Shown: positions 1 to 8,903 of the stretch, piece by piece | How the letters are laid out: every line of letters starts with the position of its first letter | Position numbering within the stretch: the stretch's first letter is position 1 | Source: Candidatus Caldarchaeum sp. | GTDB taxonomy: Archaea > Thermoproteota > Nitrososphaeria_A > Caldarchaeales > Caldarchaeaceae | Assembly: GCA_038832005.1 (NCBI GenBank) | Contig: JAWBJZ010000003.1 | Location: 9,560-33,559 of the forward strand | Length of the DNA: 24,000 bases | Reading direction: 5' to 3' | Program-made: the position numbers and the translations under genes | Notes under the pieces: generated by a model | Database searches by the model: none | What the model was told of the DNA's origin: nothing | Seen by the model: the letters and a program-made list of their open reading frames with translations, nothing else

Positions 1-1207
1 AAGCATCGGAATCTGGGTCGTCGAATGATACGAAATACTCGATACCACCTGAAGCTTTGTAGATGTATCTGTTCAACTCAGCCTTCATGGGGTTCACATT
101 TCCGCGCTTATGACCATGCTCTCTGCATCTGATACATCTGCAGGCACTACCAACTCTCTTCTCAACAACCTGCCTAAGGTTAGGCGTCCTCAAACCGTCT
201 AAAGCAATCTTCAAAGGTATCTCTCGCTGTATCCGTGTAATCCTGACGTAGGGAGGCACCTTTCTCATGAACTCGGCTAAGACGTCAACGAGTTCTTCGT
301 CGGAGTAGGGTTTGTATACGCCTTCCCTCCACATCTTCTCCAAACCGGTTCCAGGTAGCACGAGCGTTGGATATATCTTGAGCTGGTCGGGCCTGTATCT
401 TTCGTCCCCAAAAAGTTGTGTGAGCATTTGAAGGTCTTTAGCTGGTGACGAGCCAGGCAGGTTGGGCATCATATGGTAACATACTTTGAAGGCCAAATCC
501 TTCAGGTCCGCGGTAGCTTCTACAACATCCTCGAGCGAATGGCCTCTTTTGACCAAACAAAGTATAGAGTCGTCTAATGCTTGAACTCCTATCTCAACCC
601 GTGTCACACCCATGTCAACAAGCCTTGACGCCACGTTTCTTTTAGCCCAATCAGGCTTCGTCTCGACGGTGATGCCTGACACATGTATCTCAGCATTCTC
701 CGCTAATGAGAGAGCTTCATCCAAACTTCTCGAAACCCTTCCGTTCAAGGCATCTAAGCATCTTTGAATGAATCTTGCTTGAAAACCGTAGGACGTTGCT
801 GTGAACGTTCCACCTATTATGATGAGCTCAACCTTGTCAACTAGATGGCCCATTGAACTGAGCTTTCGAACAGCGGCGGCAACTTGGGTGTAAGGGTCGT
901 ATCCAACCGAGGCGGCGTTCTTTACAGCAGCCTCCTCACCCGTGTAGCTCTGAGGTGTTCCAAATGGTCTTCCGCCGGGGCAGTAGATACACTTGCCGTG
1001 TGGACAGCTGAAAATGGGCGCCACGACGGTTATGACGGAGACGCCGGAAGCGGTTTTCACCGGTTTTTTTAACACAGGTTTGTTCAACCCCTGAGTGAGA
1101 AGGGTGAGCTCGGTGTCGGAGGGGATTTTAGACAGCCTCAGCTTGGCTGCAAGCTCTTTTTTGAGCTTTTCGACCTCGGACCTCGTTAGCAAAAATTGCT
1201 CAGCCAA
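1..1207 (-). CDS. elp3: Elp3-type radical SAM tRNA U34 modification enzyme; N-terminal part and radical SAM core only, the C-terminus runs off the left edge
   Basis: This ORF is absent from the track because it leaves the window. My manual minus-strand translation from 1207 to 1 has no stops. It reads ...VITVVAPIFSCPHGKCIYCPGG... (Cys cluster), ...VELIIIGGTFTA..., ...ITVETKPDW..., ...TRVEIGVQALDD... and ...YVRITRIQREIP..., the typical Elp3 core. The start is assigned to TTG at 1207-1205, the first start codon after the in-frame TAA at 1243-1241. TTG at 1192 is an alternative. Confidence 0.85.
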   Translation of the reverse strand, partial: MAEQFLLTRSEVEKLKKELAAKLRLSKIPSDTELTLLTQGLNKPVLKKPVKTASGVSVITVVAPIFSCPHGKCIYCPGGRPFGTPQSYTGEEAAVKNAASVGYDPYTQVAAAVRKLSSMGHLVDKVELIIIGGTFTATSYGFQARFIQRCLDALNGRVSRSLDEALSLAENAEIHVSGITVETKPDWAKRNVASRLVDMGVTRVEIGVQALDDSILCLVKRGHSLEDVVEATADLKDLAFKVCYHMMPNLPGSSPAKDLQMLTQLFGDERYRPDQLKIYPTLVLPGTGLEKMWREGVYKPYSDEELVDVLAEFMRKVPPYVRITRIQREIPLKIALDGLRTPNLRQVVEKRVGSACRCIRCREHGHKRGNVNPMKAELNRYIYKASGGIEYFVSFDDPDSDA

Positions 1208-2147
1208 TGTTAGCCCACTTTTTCCTGATTTGGCGACATATTAGACTGATGTCCCTCAAAGCCTTCAAGTATCTCGGCCCCAGAGGGCCTGCAAAAACAA
1301 CCTCATCATAACCCGCTTCAACCAGCTCGTCTGCGAAGCCTTCGAGCTTTTTGGGCTTGCCCCAGACGCAGAAATAATTCACCCAATCTCCGCTGCTGAT
1401 GGCGTAGAGTTCTTCCCATTTTTTGGACCGAAGCACTTCTTCAACCTGTTTTCTGAAGCCAACGCTGATGCCGAACTCGTTCAAATATTGTTCGTGAACC
1501 CCGGCCATCAGATAGGCTGCGAAAGGCACAGCCGTTTTACGGGCTTTCGCTTCATCGTCGTGGACCGAAGTTATGATGTATGCCGCCTTCCAAAAACCTC
1601 TTGATCCGAACGTCTTCAACGCCTCCAGCAGCTTGTCCATGCTCGACCAGTTGACGAGAACGCCGTCAGCCACTTCCGCCGCCATCCTCATCATCCTCCT
1701 ACCCTGAGCACCTACAAACACCTTAACATCAGATGCACGATATGTATCGAGCCAACCCGGTGTTGTCAACGCCTTCTTAACATGCTTGACCGCCTCTCCG
1801 ACTCTTTCGACAGGCTTTTCCCTGTCGAGGCCGAGCTGCTTGAGCGACAGTGCGTCACCTGCCCCTACCGCCAACCGAACCCTGTTCGGCGCCAGCTCCC
1901 AGAGCGTGGCCGTCATCTGAGCAATCGACGTAGGATGGGTCACGTATGGGTTGACGACCGCTGGCCCGAGAAATATTTTCCTTGTGTTGAGCGCCAGAGC
2001 AGATAAAACCATGAAGCAGTTCCTGTTGAAGAAATGGTCGCTAACCCATACTCCGTCAAACCCGTTTTTTTCCACAATTCTGGCGGCTATCAAAAGCTTC
2101 CATACAGGGTCTCTCGGGACCAGCTCGACAGAGAAAAACGGCCTCAC
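1200..2147 (-). CDS. Mer-like (methylenetetrahydromethanopterin reductase family) luciferase-like F420-dependent oxidoreductase
   Basis: 315 aa. FSVELVPRDP...GFDGVWVSDHFFNRN...LGPAVVNPYVTHP...ATLWEL...RLAVGAGD matches the Mer/LLM N-terminal pattern from memory. The GTG start overlaps the upstream stop as GTGA. Confidence 0.8.
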   Translation of the reverse strand: MRPFFSVELVPRDPVWKLLIAARIVEKNGFDGVWVSDHFFNRNCFMVLSALALNTRKIFLGPAVVNPYVTHPTSIAQMTATLWELAPNRVRLAVGAGDALSLKQLGLDREKPVERVGEAVKHVKKALTTPGWLDTYRASDVKVFVGAQGRRMMRMAAEVADGVLVNWSSMDKLLEALKTFGSRGFWKAAYIITSVHDDEAKARKTAVPFAAYLMAGVHEQYLNEFGISVGFRKQVEEVLRSKKWEELYAISSGDWVNYFCVWGKPKKLEGFADELVEAGYDEVVFAGPLGPRYLKALRDISLICRQIRKKWANIG

Positions 2148-2356
2148 GTTAGCACCCCTTTCAGCAGCTTGGTTGTCTTGTCCGGCTCACAGAGTCTGCA
2201 CGCTCTGACCAAGGATTTGAACCCATAAGGTTTATCCAGCCTGTTGGTGAGGAAGCTGTTCCAGACAGCCCAGCCCAGTTTAGGCGGAACGTTGTTGGAG
2301 TTTACGCTGGACATCAGAACCTCCAAAAGCATCGAGACCGTCTTCTTCCTCTCCAT
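2144..2356 (-). CDS. hypothetical small protein (70 aa)
   Basis: It has no recognisable motif. Support comes only from tight packing: its ATG lies 1 nt after the hydrolase stop and its TGA overlaps the start of the next gene. Confidence 0.4.
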   Translation of the reverse strand: MERKKTVSMLLEVLMSSVNSNNVPPKLGWAVWNSFLTNRLDKPYGFKSLVRACRLCEPDKTTKLLKGVLT

Positions 2357-2357
2357 C

Positions 2358-3188
2358 CTATGAACCGTCCCTCAAGAATTCTATAATAACGTTGTTGACA
2401 AGCTCGGGCTTTTCCTCATGGGGAACATGTCCCGCACCGGGAACGACAACCAATCTTGCTCTAATCCTTTCAGCTATCGACTTGTTCTCTTCAACCGGAA
2501 CCCATGAATCTTTCTCGCCGAGCACAAACAGCACATCGCATTTCACCTGATCCATCAACGCTGAGTTGAATTCTTCCATTATGTTGAACGCCTCGAGAAG
2601 CACGGGGCCCGACTTGACGACCGACTGGAAGTACCCCTCGACCGTTTCACCATCCACCAAGCTGTCGTCGTTATACGCGTTTTTCAAAGCTCTCTTGATA
2701 AAGTATCTGTTCACGAGAACTCTTACCAGAATTTTGCCGACAGTCTTGTTGCGGGCTAGCTCGACGAAGAATGGCCTTTTTCCAGTACGTCCGCCTAAAA
2801 GACTTGGGCTGACAAGCACCAGCTTAGAGACTTTGTCGGCATGCCTCGCGGCTATGTAAGCGGCTATCGCCCCGCCGCTCGAATGGCCGACGACACAGAA
2901 TCGGTTGATGTCCATCTTCTGCATCAAGCTGACAAGGTGGGTGGACACCGTGTCTAGATGGAAGCCGGCTGGAAGCCTGCTTGAAAGACCGAACCCCGGC
3001 AGGTCTACCGCAATAACCCTGAAAAAGCTGGACAGAGCTCGATAGTTTCTCCTCCAACTAAACGAAGACGATCCCCAACCATGTATGAGCAGCACAGCAT
3101 CGCCTCTCCCGACGTCGACGTAAAACGTGTGCACTCCATTCACTTGGGCAACCGACCCGTTTTCCACATGGGCAGTCCACGAAGTCAT
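2358..3188 (-). CDS. alpha/beta-fold hydrolase
   Basis: 276 aa. It has an HG oxyanion motif (LLIHGWGSS), a nucleophile elbow (VVGHSSGG) and a C-terminal GAGHVPHEE histidine motif. Confidence 0.85.
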   Translation of the reverse strand: MTSWTAHVENGSVAQVNGVHTFYVDVGRGDAVLLIHGWGSSSFSWRRNYRALSSFFRVIAVDLPGFGLSSRLPAGFHLDTVSTHLVSLMQKMDINRFCVVGHSSGGAIAAYIAARHADKVSKLVLVSPSLLGGRTGKRPFFVELARNKTVGKILVRVLVNRYFIKRALKNAYNDDSLVDGETVEGYFQSVVKSGPVLLEAFNIMEEFNSALMDQVKCDVLFVLGEKDSWVPVEENKSIAERIRARLVVVPGAGHVPHEEKPELVNNVIIEFLRDGS

Positions 3189-3213
3189 TCAAACATATCA
3201 CCCGGCAACCCGG

Positions 3214-3249
3214 TTTTATAACGTTTTCAACCGAGGCAAAAAATAAATA
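3214..3249. promoter_or_regulatory. divergent promoter region with two TATA-like boxes
   Basis: TTTTATAA at 3214-3221 lies about 30 nt from the minus-strand ATG at 3188. AAAAAATAAATA at 3238-3249 lies about 24 nt from the plus-strand ATG at 3269. This spacing is consistent with leaderless archaeal transcripts. Confidence 0.5.
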
Positions 3250-3268
3250 CCTACGGATTAGCGTTAAT

Positions 3269-3997
3269 ATGATGTTGGGGTTCATATCACCCCGTGCTAA
3301 GGTCTGCGGTTATGTTTCTAAGCTTTCATACGTCTATGGTCCGACAGAGGTCGGCGAGAAGTCGTTGGTGGACGACGGGGTGACCATCGGCTACCCCTCG
3401 AGGAAAAGGTTGATGGAGTCTATTGACGGTTCAAACAGCTCGGTTGAGGAGATGCTTGACAGGGCGAGCTTAGGCAGTTTCATAGGGCCAGCCTGCGTGA
3501 TAAGAAGAGGATGTGTAATCTATGACGAGGTCATGATAGAGGGAGGAGTGGAGCTTGGACACAACGTGCTCGTAAGGTCCGGCAGCGTTATAAGAAGCGG
3601 CTCCCGAATTGGCAGCTACACGCTCCTCGACGGCACAGTCCTCCTAGGAAAAAACGTAAACATACAGTCCCGCGTATATTTACCGCATTTGACAAAAGTC
3701 ATGGACAGGGCTTTCATCGGACCCGGCGTGATAATGACAAACGATCCCTACCCTGTCGGGTCGCCGTTGAAGGGTCCTTCGATAGGTGAAGGAGCCATAA
3801 TTGGCGCAGGAGCCGTGATTCTGCCCGGCGTTGAGATAGGGGATGGAGCTGTAGTTGGCGCTGGCTCTGTCGTGACGAAGAATGTACCGCCGAACGTGGT
3901 GGTTTACGGCGTCCCGGCGAAGTATGCTTACGACGTGTATGAATACAGAAGAAAGAAGATGGTTTATGACCGTGGTGTGGGAGGCGCTAACGCTTAA
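3269..3997 (+). CDS. hexapeptide-repeat (left-handed beta-helix) acyl/acetyltransferase
   Basis: 242 aa. It has repeated [LIV]-G-x-x-x-x hexads (IGPACVIRRGCVI, LGHNVLVRSGSVIRSGSRIG, IGEGAIIGAGAVILPGVEIGDGAVVGAGSVV). Confidence 0.8.
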   Translation: MMLGFISPRAKVCGYVSKLSYVYGPTEVGEKSLVDDGVTIGYPSRKRLMESIDGSNSSVEEMLDRASLGSFIGPACVIRRGCVIYDEVMIEGGVELGHNVLVRSGSVIRSGSRIGSYTLLDGTVLLGKNVNIQSRVYLPHLTKVMDRAFIGPGVIMTNDPYPVGSPLKGPSIGEGAIIGAGAVILPGVEIGDGAVVGAGSVVTKNVPPNVVVYGVPAKYAYDVYEYRRKKMVYDRGVGGANA

Positions 3998-4043
3998 AAA
4001 CAACCTTTGACACAGGTTGATAGGTGAGAAAGAGGAAGAAGTA

Positions 4044-4352
4044 ATGGCGGACATATGCCCCACATGCGGTCTCCCCAAATCGATCTGCGTTTGCGGCACG
4101 ATAAGCCGTGAACAGCAGAGGGTGAAGATAAAGCTCGAGCGACGCAAGTGGAACAAGCCTACGACAGTAATCGAGGGTTTAAACGGAACGAAGAAAGACT
4201 TGCAGGAAATAGCATCGCGGCTTAAGACCGTACTGGCGTGCGGCGGAGTGGTGAAGGATGGTATGATACTTCTTCAGGGCGACCATCGCGACAAGGCGAA
4301 AGACGCTCTGCTCCAGCTCGGTGTATCCGAGGAAAATATAGAGGTAATTTAG
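4044..4352 (+). CDS. sui1: translation initiation factor aIF1 (SUI1 family)
   Basis: It has an N-terminal zinc knuckle (CPTCGLPKSICVCG) followed by the SUI1 fold pattern (RVKIKLERRKWNKPTTVIEGL...LKTVLACGG...ILLQGDHR). The track starts at TTG 4017. ATG 4044 gives the usual length of about 102 aa and lies downstream of the TATA-like CTTAAAAAC at about 3993. Confidence 0.9.
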   Translation: MADICPTCGLPKSICVCGTISREQQRVKIKLERRKWNKPTTVIEGLNGTKKDLQEIASRLKTVLACGGVVKDGMILLQGDHRDKAKDALLQLGVSEENIEVI

Positions 4353-5272
4353 GCTGCCACGCTTTCGAGGATGTCTTTTAAACCCTTGAACCGGTTTCTC
4401 ACGGTGACCTCCGTCACTCCAGCGGCCTTGGCTATATCTTTCTGCGTAAGGTTTTGAGTCGTTTCCTGGCAGGCCATGTAGAGGGCCGCAGCTGCTATAC
4501 CTACGGGGTCTTTGCCGACCGTCGCTTTCTTCTTCACAGCCTCGTTCAAAAGCCTCAAAGCCTCCTGCACGGTTCTCTGGTCGAGGCCGACTTTTGACGC
4601 TATTTTGTTGACGTAGATTGATGGATCTGCGACGGGAACCTTCAGCCCCAAGTGTTTGAGAAGCAGTCTGTAGCCTTGAGCTATTGTCTTGCGTTTGACC
4701 GTCGGATAGGCGCGTTCAAACTCTCTCAAGTCGCGGGGCGTTCCAAGCATTCTGCACGCAGCGTAGGTTGCTGCAGCCATTATCGATTTAATGGACCTGC
4801 CACGTACAAGCCCTGCCTTCAAAGCCCTTCTGTAGATCAGCATAGCCCTCTCGGCCACAGGTTGTGAGAGACGTAGCTTGTCATAGTATATTTGGAGTAT
4901 GTTTACGGCTTGCTGAAGGTTTCTCGTCTCGCTGGAGTTTATCTGGGATGTTGCGTCAAGCTTTTTAAGCCTAAGCATTTTCTCCCGCGTTTCCTTCGAC
5001 AGCTTCCTGCCAGCCGCGTCTTCGTCGATTCTCTCAATTACCGTCGACAGACCGTGGTCCCTGTACATAGGCGACAGCGGAGCCCCAACCCTGCTTCTGC
5101 TCCCCTCTTCGTCGTCAAGGTTCCTCCACTCGGGCCCCATGTCGACATCTTTTTCTTGGACGACATAACCGCATACGGGGCATGTAACCTCACCCGTCCT
5201 CTGGTCAGTGACAAGCATCTCATTTCCGCATTCCGGACAGAACTCCAACTCTCTCCAGCTTTTTCTAACCAA
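4349..5272 (-). CDS. tfb: transcription initiation factor TFB (TFIIB)
   Basis: 307 aa. It has an N-terminal zinc ribbon (CPECG...CPVCG), a B-finger/linker and two cyclin-fold repeats, with a C-terminal HTH (TQKDIAKAAGVTEVTVRNR). The TTG start is forced, because an in-frame TGA lies 3 codons upstream. Confidence 0.95.
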   Translation of the reverse strand: MVRKSWRELEFCPECGNEMLVTDQRTGEVTCPVCGYVVQEKDVDMGPEWRNLDDEEGSRSRVGAPLSPMYRDHGLSTVIERIDEDAAGRKLSKETREKMLRLKKLDATSQINSSETRNLQQAVNILQIYYDKLRLSQPVAERAMLIYRRALKAGLVRGRSIKSIMAAATYAACRMLGTPRDLREFERAYPTVKRKTIAQGYRLLLKHLGLKVPVADPSIYVNKIASKVGLDQRTVQEALRLLNEAVKKKATVGKDPVGIAAAALYMACQETTQNLTQKDIAKAAGVTEVTVRNRFKGLKDILESVAA

Positions 5273-5296
5273 GCCTTTTCACCCTCAAGAAAGACG

Positions 5297-5331
5297 TATA
5301 GGCAGGAAGTGTGCGTATGCCTCTGCCTATA
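5297..5331. promoter_or_regulatory. perfect 9-bp inverted repeat in the tfb upstream region
   Basis: TATAGGCAG (5297-5305) and CTGCCTATA (5323-5331) are separated by 17 nt. Both arms contain TATA-like cores and lie 25-59 nt upstream of the tfb TTG. Confidence 0.5.
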
Positions 5332-5362
5332 AGTCTTTCTGGGCTGATCGTGTTTATCCTAG

Positions 5363-5408
5363 CTTATAAAATTTTCGCTGAAACGCTCACGTTCAAAAAT
5401 ATATTTTT
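5363..5408 (+). promoter_or_regulatory. putative cysS promoter region (two TATA-like boxes)
   Basis: The boxes are CTTATAAAAT (5363-5372) and AAAAATATATTTTT (5395-5408). An AGGTGA Shine-Dalgarno-like element at 5415-5420 lies 9 nt before TTG 5430. Confidence 0.4.
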
Positions 5409-5429
5409 CGCAGTAGGTGAAAAGCCGGC

Positions 5430-6869
5430 TTGAAAAGGATAAGGGTTTACAACACTCTGTCGAGGTCTCTTGAAGTTTTCGAGCCTTGGACGGCTGGGTT
5501 TGTCTCCATATACGTATGCGGCCCCACCGTCTACGACGTGGCCCACTTGGGTCACGCGCGTACTTATGTGGCGTTTGACGCAATCATAAGGTTCCTGGAG
5601 TATATGGGCTATACAGTCAAGTATGCTAGGAATGTTACGGATGTAGGCCATCTACGTGAGACGGGGGAGGACAAGATGATGCAGGGTGCTGTAAGGCTGA
5701 AAAAACACCCCATGGAAGTTGCTGACAAATACATGATGGAGTTTTTCAGCGACATGAACGCGCTAGGCGTTAGAAGACCTGACATACAGCCGAGGGCTAG
5801 CATGCACATACCTGACATAATAGAAGCTGTTGAGAAACTTTTGGACAAAGGCTACGCCTACAAAGTTGACGGCAGCATATACTTCGACGTGAGCAAAGTC
5901 ACGGACTATGGTAAGCTTTCTGGAATAAAGGCCGAGGAGCTGGTTAAACATAGGATAGACCCTGACCCTAGGAAACGAAACCATGCCGACTTCGCCCTCT
6001 GGAAAGAAGCGCCGGAGGCCTACCCGCTGTCATGGAAGACGCCTTGGGGGAGAGGTTTTCCAGGATGGCACATCGAATGCTCGGTGATGAGCATGAAGTA
6101 TTTAGGCGAACAGATAGACATCCACGGAGGCGGTCAAGACCTGATATTCCCCCATCATGAAAACGAGATAGCCCAGTCTGAGGCTATTACCGGTAAAAAA
6201 CCATTCGTGAAATATTGGCTGCACACGGGAGAGCTCACAGTCGGCGGCAAGGGAATGCACAAGTCGTTCGGCAACTTCCTGACAATACGAGACGTGTTGA
6301 AGAATTATTCTAGGGATGCCGTAAGGTTTTTCATCCTGTCAGCCCACTACCGAACTCCGCTGGACTACTCTGAAAAAGCCATGGAACAAGCCTCTGAAAA
6401 CGCGTCTAGAATCAAAAACCTTTTAGACGACCTCCATATTCTTGAGGAGACCGCTGAAACTGGGAAGGGCTCGGCAGAGTTCAAGTCTAGGGTTGACATC
6501 TATATGGATGATTTTGTAGGTTTTATGTCCAACGACTTCAACACATCAAACGCCATAGCAAGCCTGCACGAGTTCGTAAGGTTCGTCAACTCAAGTATTG
6601 AAAAACAAGGTTTAGCTAGGGAAGACGTGGTCTACGCTAAAGGGTCATTGTATAAGATGCTCGGCATCCTAGGCCTGTTCCAGGATAGCCTGGAGCAGGT
6701 GAAAGGGTTGGAGCCTACACAGTTGCTAAAGCTTTTACTGGATGTGAGGAGAGAGTTGAGGAAACGTGGGCTGTACGACCTTGGGGATAAAATCAGGTCA
6801 GAGCTCGCCGACCGGGGGGTCATCATAGAGGATTTGAAGGAAGGTGAACGCGTCAGAATAGTTAGGTGA
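5430..6869 (+). CDS. cysS: cysteinyl-tRNA synthetase
   Basis: 479 aa. It has the class I HIGH motif (HLGHARTYV), the WPGWHIEC zinc/cysteine-binding motif (FPGWHIECS) and a KMSKS-like loop (KGMHKSFGN). Confidence 0.95.
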   Translation: MKRIRVYNTLSRSLEVFEPWTAGFVSIYVCGPTVYDVAHLGHARTYVAFDAIIRFLEYMGYTVKYARNVTDVGHLRETGEDKMMQGAVRLKKHPMEVADKYMMEFFSDMNALGVRRPDIQPRASMHIPDIIEAVEKLLDKGYAYKVDGSIYFDVSKVTDYGKLSGIKAEELVKHRIDPDPRKRNHADFALWKEAPEAYPLSWKTPWGRGFPGWHIECSVMSMKYLGEQIDIHGGGQDLIFPHHENEIAQSEAITGKKPFVKYWLHTGELTVGGKGMHKSFGNFLTIRDVLKNYSRDAVRFFILSAHYRTPLDYSEKAMEQASENASRIKNLLDDLHILEETAETGKGSAEFKSRVDIYMDDFVGFMSNDFNTSNAIASLHEFVRFVNSSIEKQGLAREDVVYAKGSLYKMLGILGLFQDSLEQVKGLEPTQLLKLLLDVRRELRKRGLYDLGDKIRSELADRGVIIEDLKEGERVRIVR

Positions 6870-6875
6870 TAGTTT

Positions 6876-7571
6876 TTGAAGGCTGTTTTGCTGGCGGGTG
6901 GTTTTGGAAAACGCCTCAGGCCTTTGACAGAGAATCTTCCAAAACCCTTGCTGGACGTCGCTGGGAAACCCATCATAGTCTGGCAGATTGAGTGGCTGAA
7001 GAGCTTCGGCATAAGAGAGTTCGTTGTATGCGCTGGCTATTTGAGGGAGAAAATAATAGAGGTGCTGGGCAGCGGAAGCAAGCTTGGGGTCAAGATAGGC
7101 TACTCCGTTGAAGACGAGCCGCTCGGAACGGGCGGCGCCCTGAAAAACGGGGAGCACATCCTCAAATCTGACAAGTCTTTCATAGTTGTCAACGGAGACG
7201 TCCTCACAACCCTGAACCCGCTTAAGATGATTGAAGTTCTGGACGAGTGTATTGCGTGCATCGCGTTGACTAGGCTTCCATCCCCCTACGGCATCGTCGA
7301 GTTCGATGAGAAAACACTCATCGTCAGAAAATTCACCGAGAAACCACAGCTTCCCAACTACATAAACGCCGGTGTATACGCATTCACATCGGAGATCTTC
7401 AAATATCTCCCCGACTCAGGCGATTTGGAGAGGGTGACTTTCCCGCTTCTGGTTGAGAAGAATGCGATAAAGGCTGTGCCCTACGATAATGAGGAGTGGA
7501 TAAGCATAGACAGCCATAAGGACTTGGAGGAGGCGAAGAAGGTCGTCAAACACCTTCATGAAAGAGGCTGA
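6876..7571 (+). CDS. sugar-1-phosphate nucleotidyltransferase (short form)
   Basis: 231 aa. The N-terminal signature is MKAVLLAGGFGKRLRPLTENLPKPLL, followed by EPLGTGGAL. The TTG start is forced by an in-frame TAG two codons upstream. Confidence 0.85.
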   Translation: MKAVLLAGGFGKRLRPLTENLPKPLLDVAGKPIIVWQIEWLKSFGIREFVVCAGYLREKIIEVLGSGSKLGVKIGYSVEDEPLGTGGALKNGEHILKSDKSFIVVNGDVLTTLNPLKMIEVLDECIACIALTRLPSPYGIVEFDEKTLIVRKFTEKPQLPNYINAGVYAFTSEIFKYLPDSGDLERVTFPLLVEKNAIKAVPYDNEEWISIDSHKDLEEAKKVVKHLHERG

Positions 7572-8068
7572 AGCTTGACAGCCATCAGCAGAGCGTCCTC
7601 ACCGTCCATGTAATATCTTTTCTGAACCTCGCGGGGTGTAAACCCAATCTTCCTGTAAAGAGAGATTGCAGCATGGTTGGAAACTCTCACCTCAAGGTAT
7701 GCCTCTTCACATCCATACTCAACGGTCAGCGAGTTAAGGGCCAGCTTGATCAGCTCTGTCGCCAGACCCCTTCTCCTGTATTCAGGTAGGACAGCGATAG
7801 ACACAATGTGTCCAGCCTTTCTGATTTTGAGGAAATCAAACTTGGAGAAGATTCTTTCTACACGGCACATAATGTATCCAACAATCTTACTGTCCACCTC
7901 CGCCACCCAAAAAGACTTGGGGAAATCTCTGGCCAAGTCCTCGAAGAACCCGTATGTATAGTTTTCAGGCAAGCATATCCTGTTTATGTTCATGACTTGA
8001 ATCAAATCCTCAATCCTGACGTTTCTGAAAAGAGCTCCCGGTCTACTGGCCTTTTCCGCCTGCTGCAT
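7556..8068 (-). CDS. ard1: N-alpha-acetyltransferase, Ard1/RimI (GNAT) family
   Basis: 170 aa. LPENYTYGFF...GHIVSIAVLPEYRRRGLATELI...YLEVRVSNHAAISLYRKIGF...YYMDGEDALLMA closely follows the crenarchaeal Ard1 pattern as I recall it. Confidence 0.85.
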   Translation of the reverse strand: MQQAEKASRPGALFRNVRIEDLIQVMNINRICLPENYTYGFFEDLARDFPKSFWVAEVDSKIVGYIMCRVERIFSKFDFLKIRKAGHIVSIAVLPEYRRRGLATELIKLALNSLTVEYGCEEAYLEVRVSNHAAISLYRKIGFTPREVQKRYYMDGEDALLMAVKLQPLS

Positions 8069-8103
8069 CCGTTGACAGGGTTCATCGCCTGTTATTAAGA
8101 GTT

Positions 8104-8823
8104 TTAAACAAGGACAAGAAGTTCAGGGGGCGAGAGCAGCCTTATAGGTATCATTTGCCCGAGACCCCGCGAGACGTAAAGGACGGTGCCGTTTCCTAGC
8201 CTGTAAAGGCCGCGGACATACTTTGAGTTGCTTAAAAGAGTTTGGTTGTTTATGACCAGCCCTCCATGCGTATGTCCGGCGAGAATGATGCAGTCTCCCT
8301 TAATGTAGTCTGCGGCGTTGGGGTCGTGGACTACGACCAAGCCATAGCTCTCGACAAAGGGATAAACCCTGTCATCACGCCAGTCTAAACCATACAAACT
8401 TCCTACGTACCTGCTTTCAACCGCCCCCCTCAACTCCCTGTAGCCGTGTTTGTCCAGCAGGTTTCTAACTGTGTTCGCGTATCCGCTCCAGTATTCATGA
8501 TTGCCAAGGACGTAAAACTTCTCAGAAGCGTTTATGGCTGAAATGAACCTTTCGACGAAGCCGATATCATGTGTTAACCTGTCCACCAAATCGCCTCCGA
8601 GCATGGCTACGTCGGGTTCCAGCTCGTTTACTGTGTCGAGAAGCCTTCTCTCATAGACGCCGTCGCCGTGTAGATGAAGGTCTGGGAGAAAAACCACCTT
8701 GCATCCGAGACCTGCTGTAAGATAGCTAATCTCCAGCCTTCCCACGTCGTTGAAGGCAAGGCTAATCGCTCCAGCAGCGGCAACAGTTGAAGCTGCGGCT
8801 GTGAAAAAAGCCCTACGCCTCAA
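8104..8823 (-). CDS. calcineurin-like metallophosphoesterase with a twin-arginine (Tat) signal peptide
   Basis: 239 aa. The N-terminus reads M-RRRAFFTAAASTVAAAGA. The metallophosphoesterase motifs are LPDLHLHGD, GGDLVD, GNHEYW and GHTHGG. The start is TTG. Confidence 0.85.
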   Translation of the reverse strand: MRRRAFFTAAASTVAAAGAISLAFNDVGRLEISYLTAGLGCKVVFLPDLHLHGDGVYERRLLDTVNELEPDVAMLGGDLVDRLTHDIGFVERFISAINASEKFYVLGNHEYWSGYANTVRNLLDKHGYRELRGAVESRYVGSLYGLDWRDDRVYPFVESYGLVVVHDPNAADYIKGDCIILAGHTHGGLVINNQTLLSNSKYVRGLYRLGNGTVLYVSRGLGQMIPIRLLSPPELLVLV

Positions 8824-8903
8824 ACCTATGTCACAACACTCTTTTAATCACTTATTTATCGTTTGGAATGTGGTAGCCATCAAAGAATGGTTGGTGGTCT
8901 CAC

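Noticed and set aside
1200-1202. Genome-wide reassignment of TGA as a sense codon, prompted by the in-frame TGA in cofD.
   Set aside because: TGA terminates the Mer-like gene at its expected length here. It also ends the 70-aa ORF and cofD itself. No other conserved gene in the window contains an internal TGA.
3680-4156. A 158-aa minus-strand ORF bridging the end of the hexapeptide transferase gene and the start of aIF1.
   Set aside because: It is antisense to two well-supported genes and the intervening promoter, and has no recognisable features.
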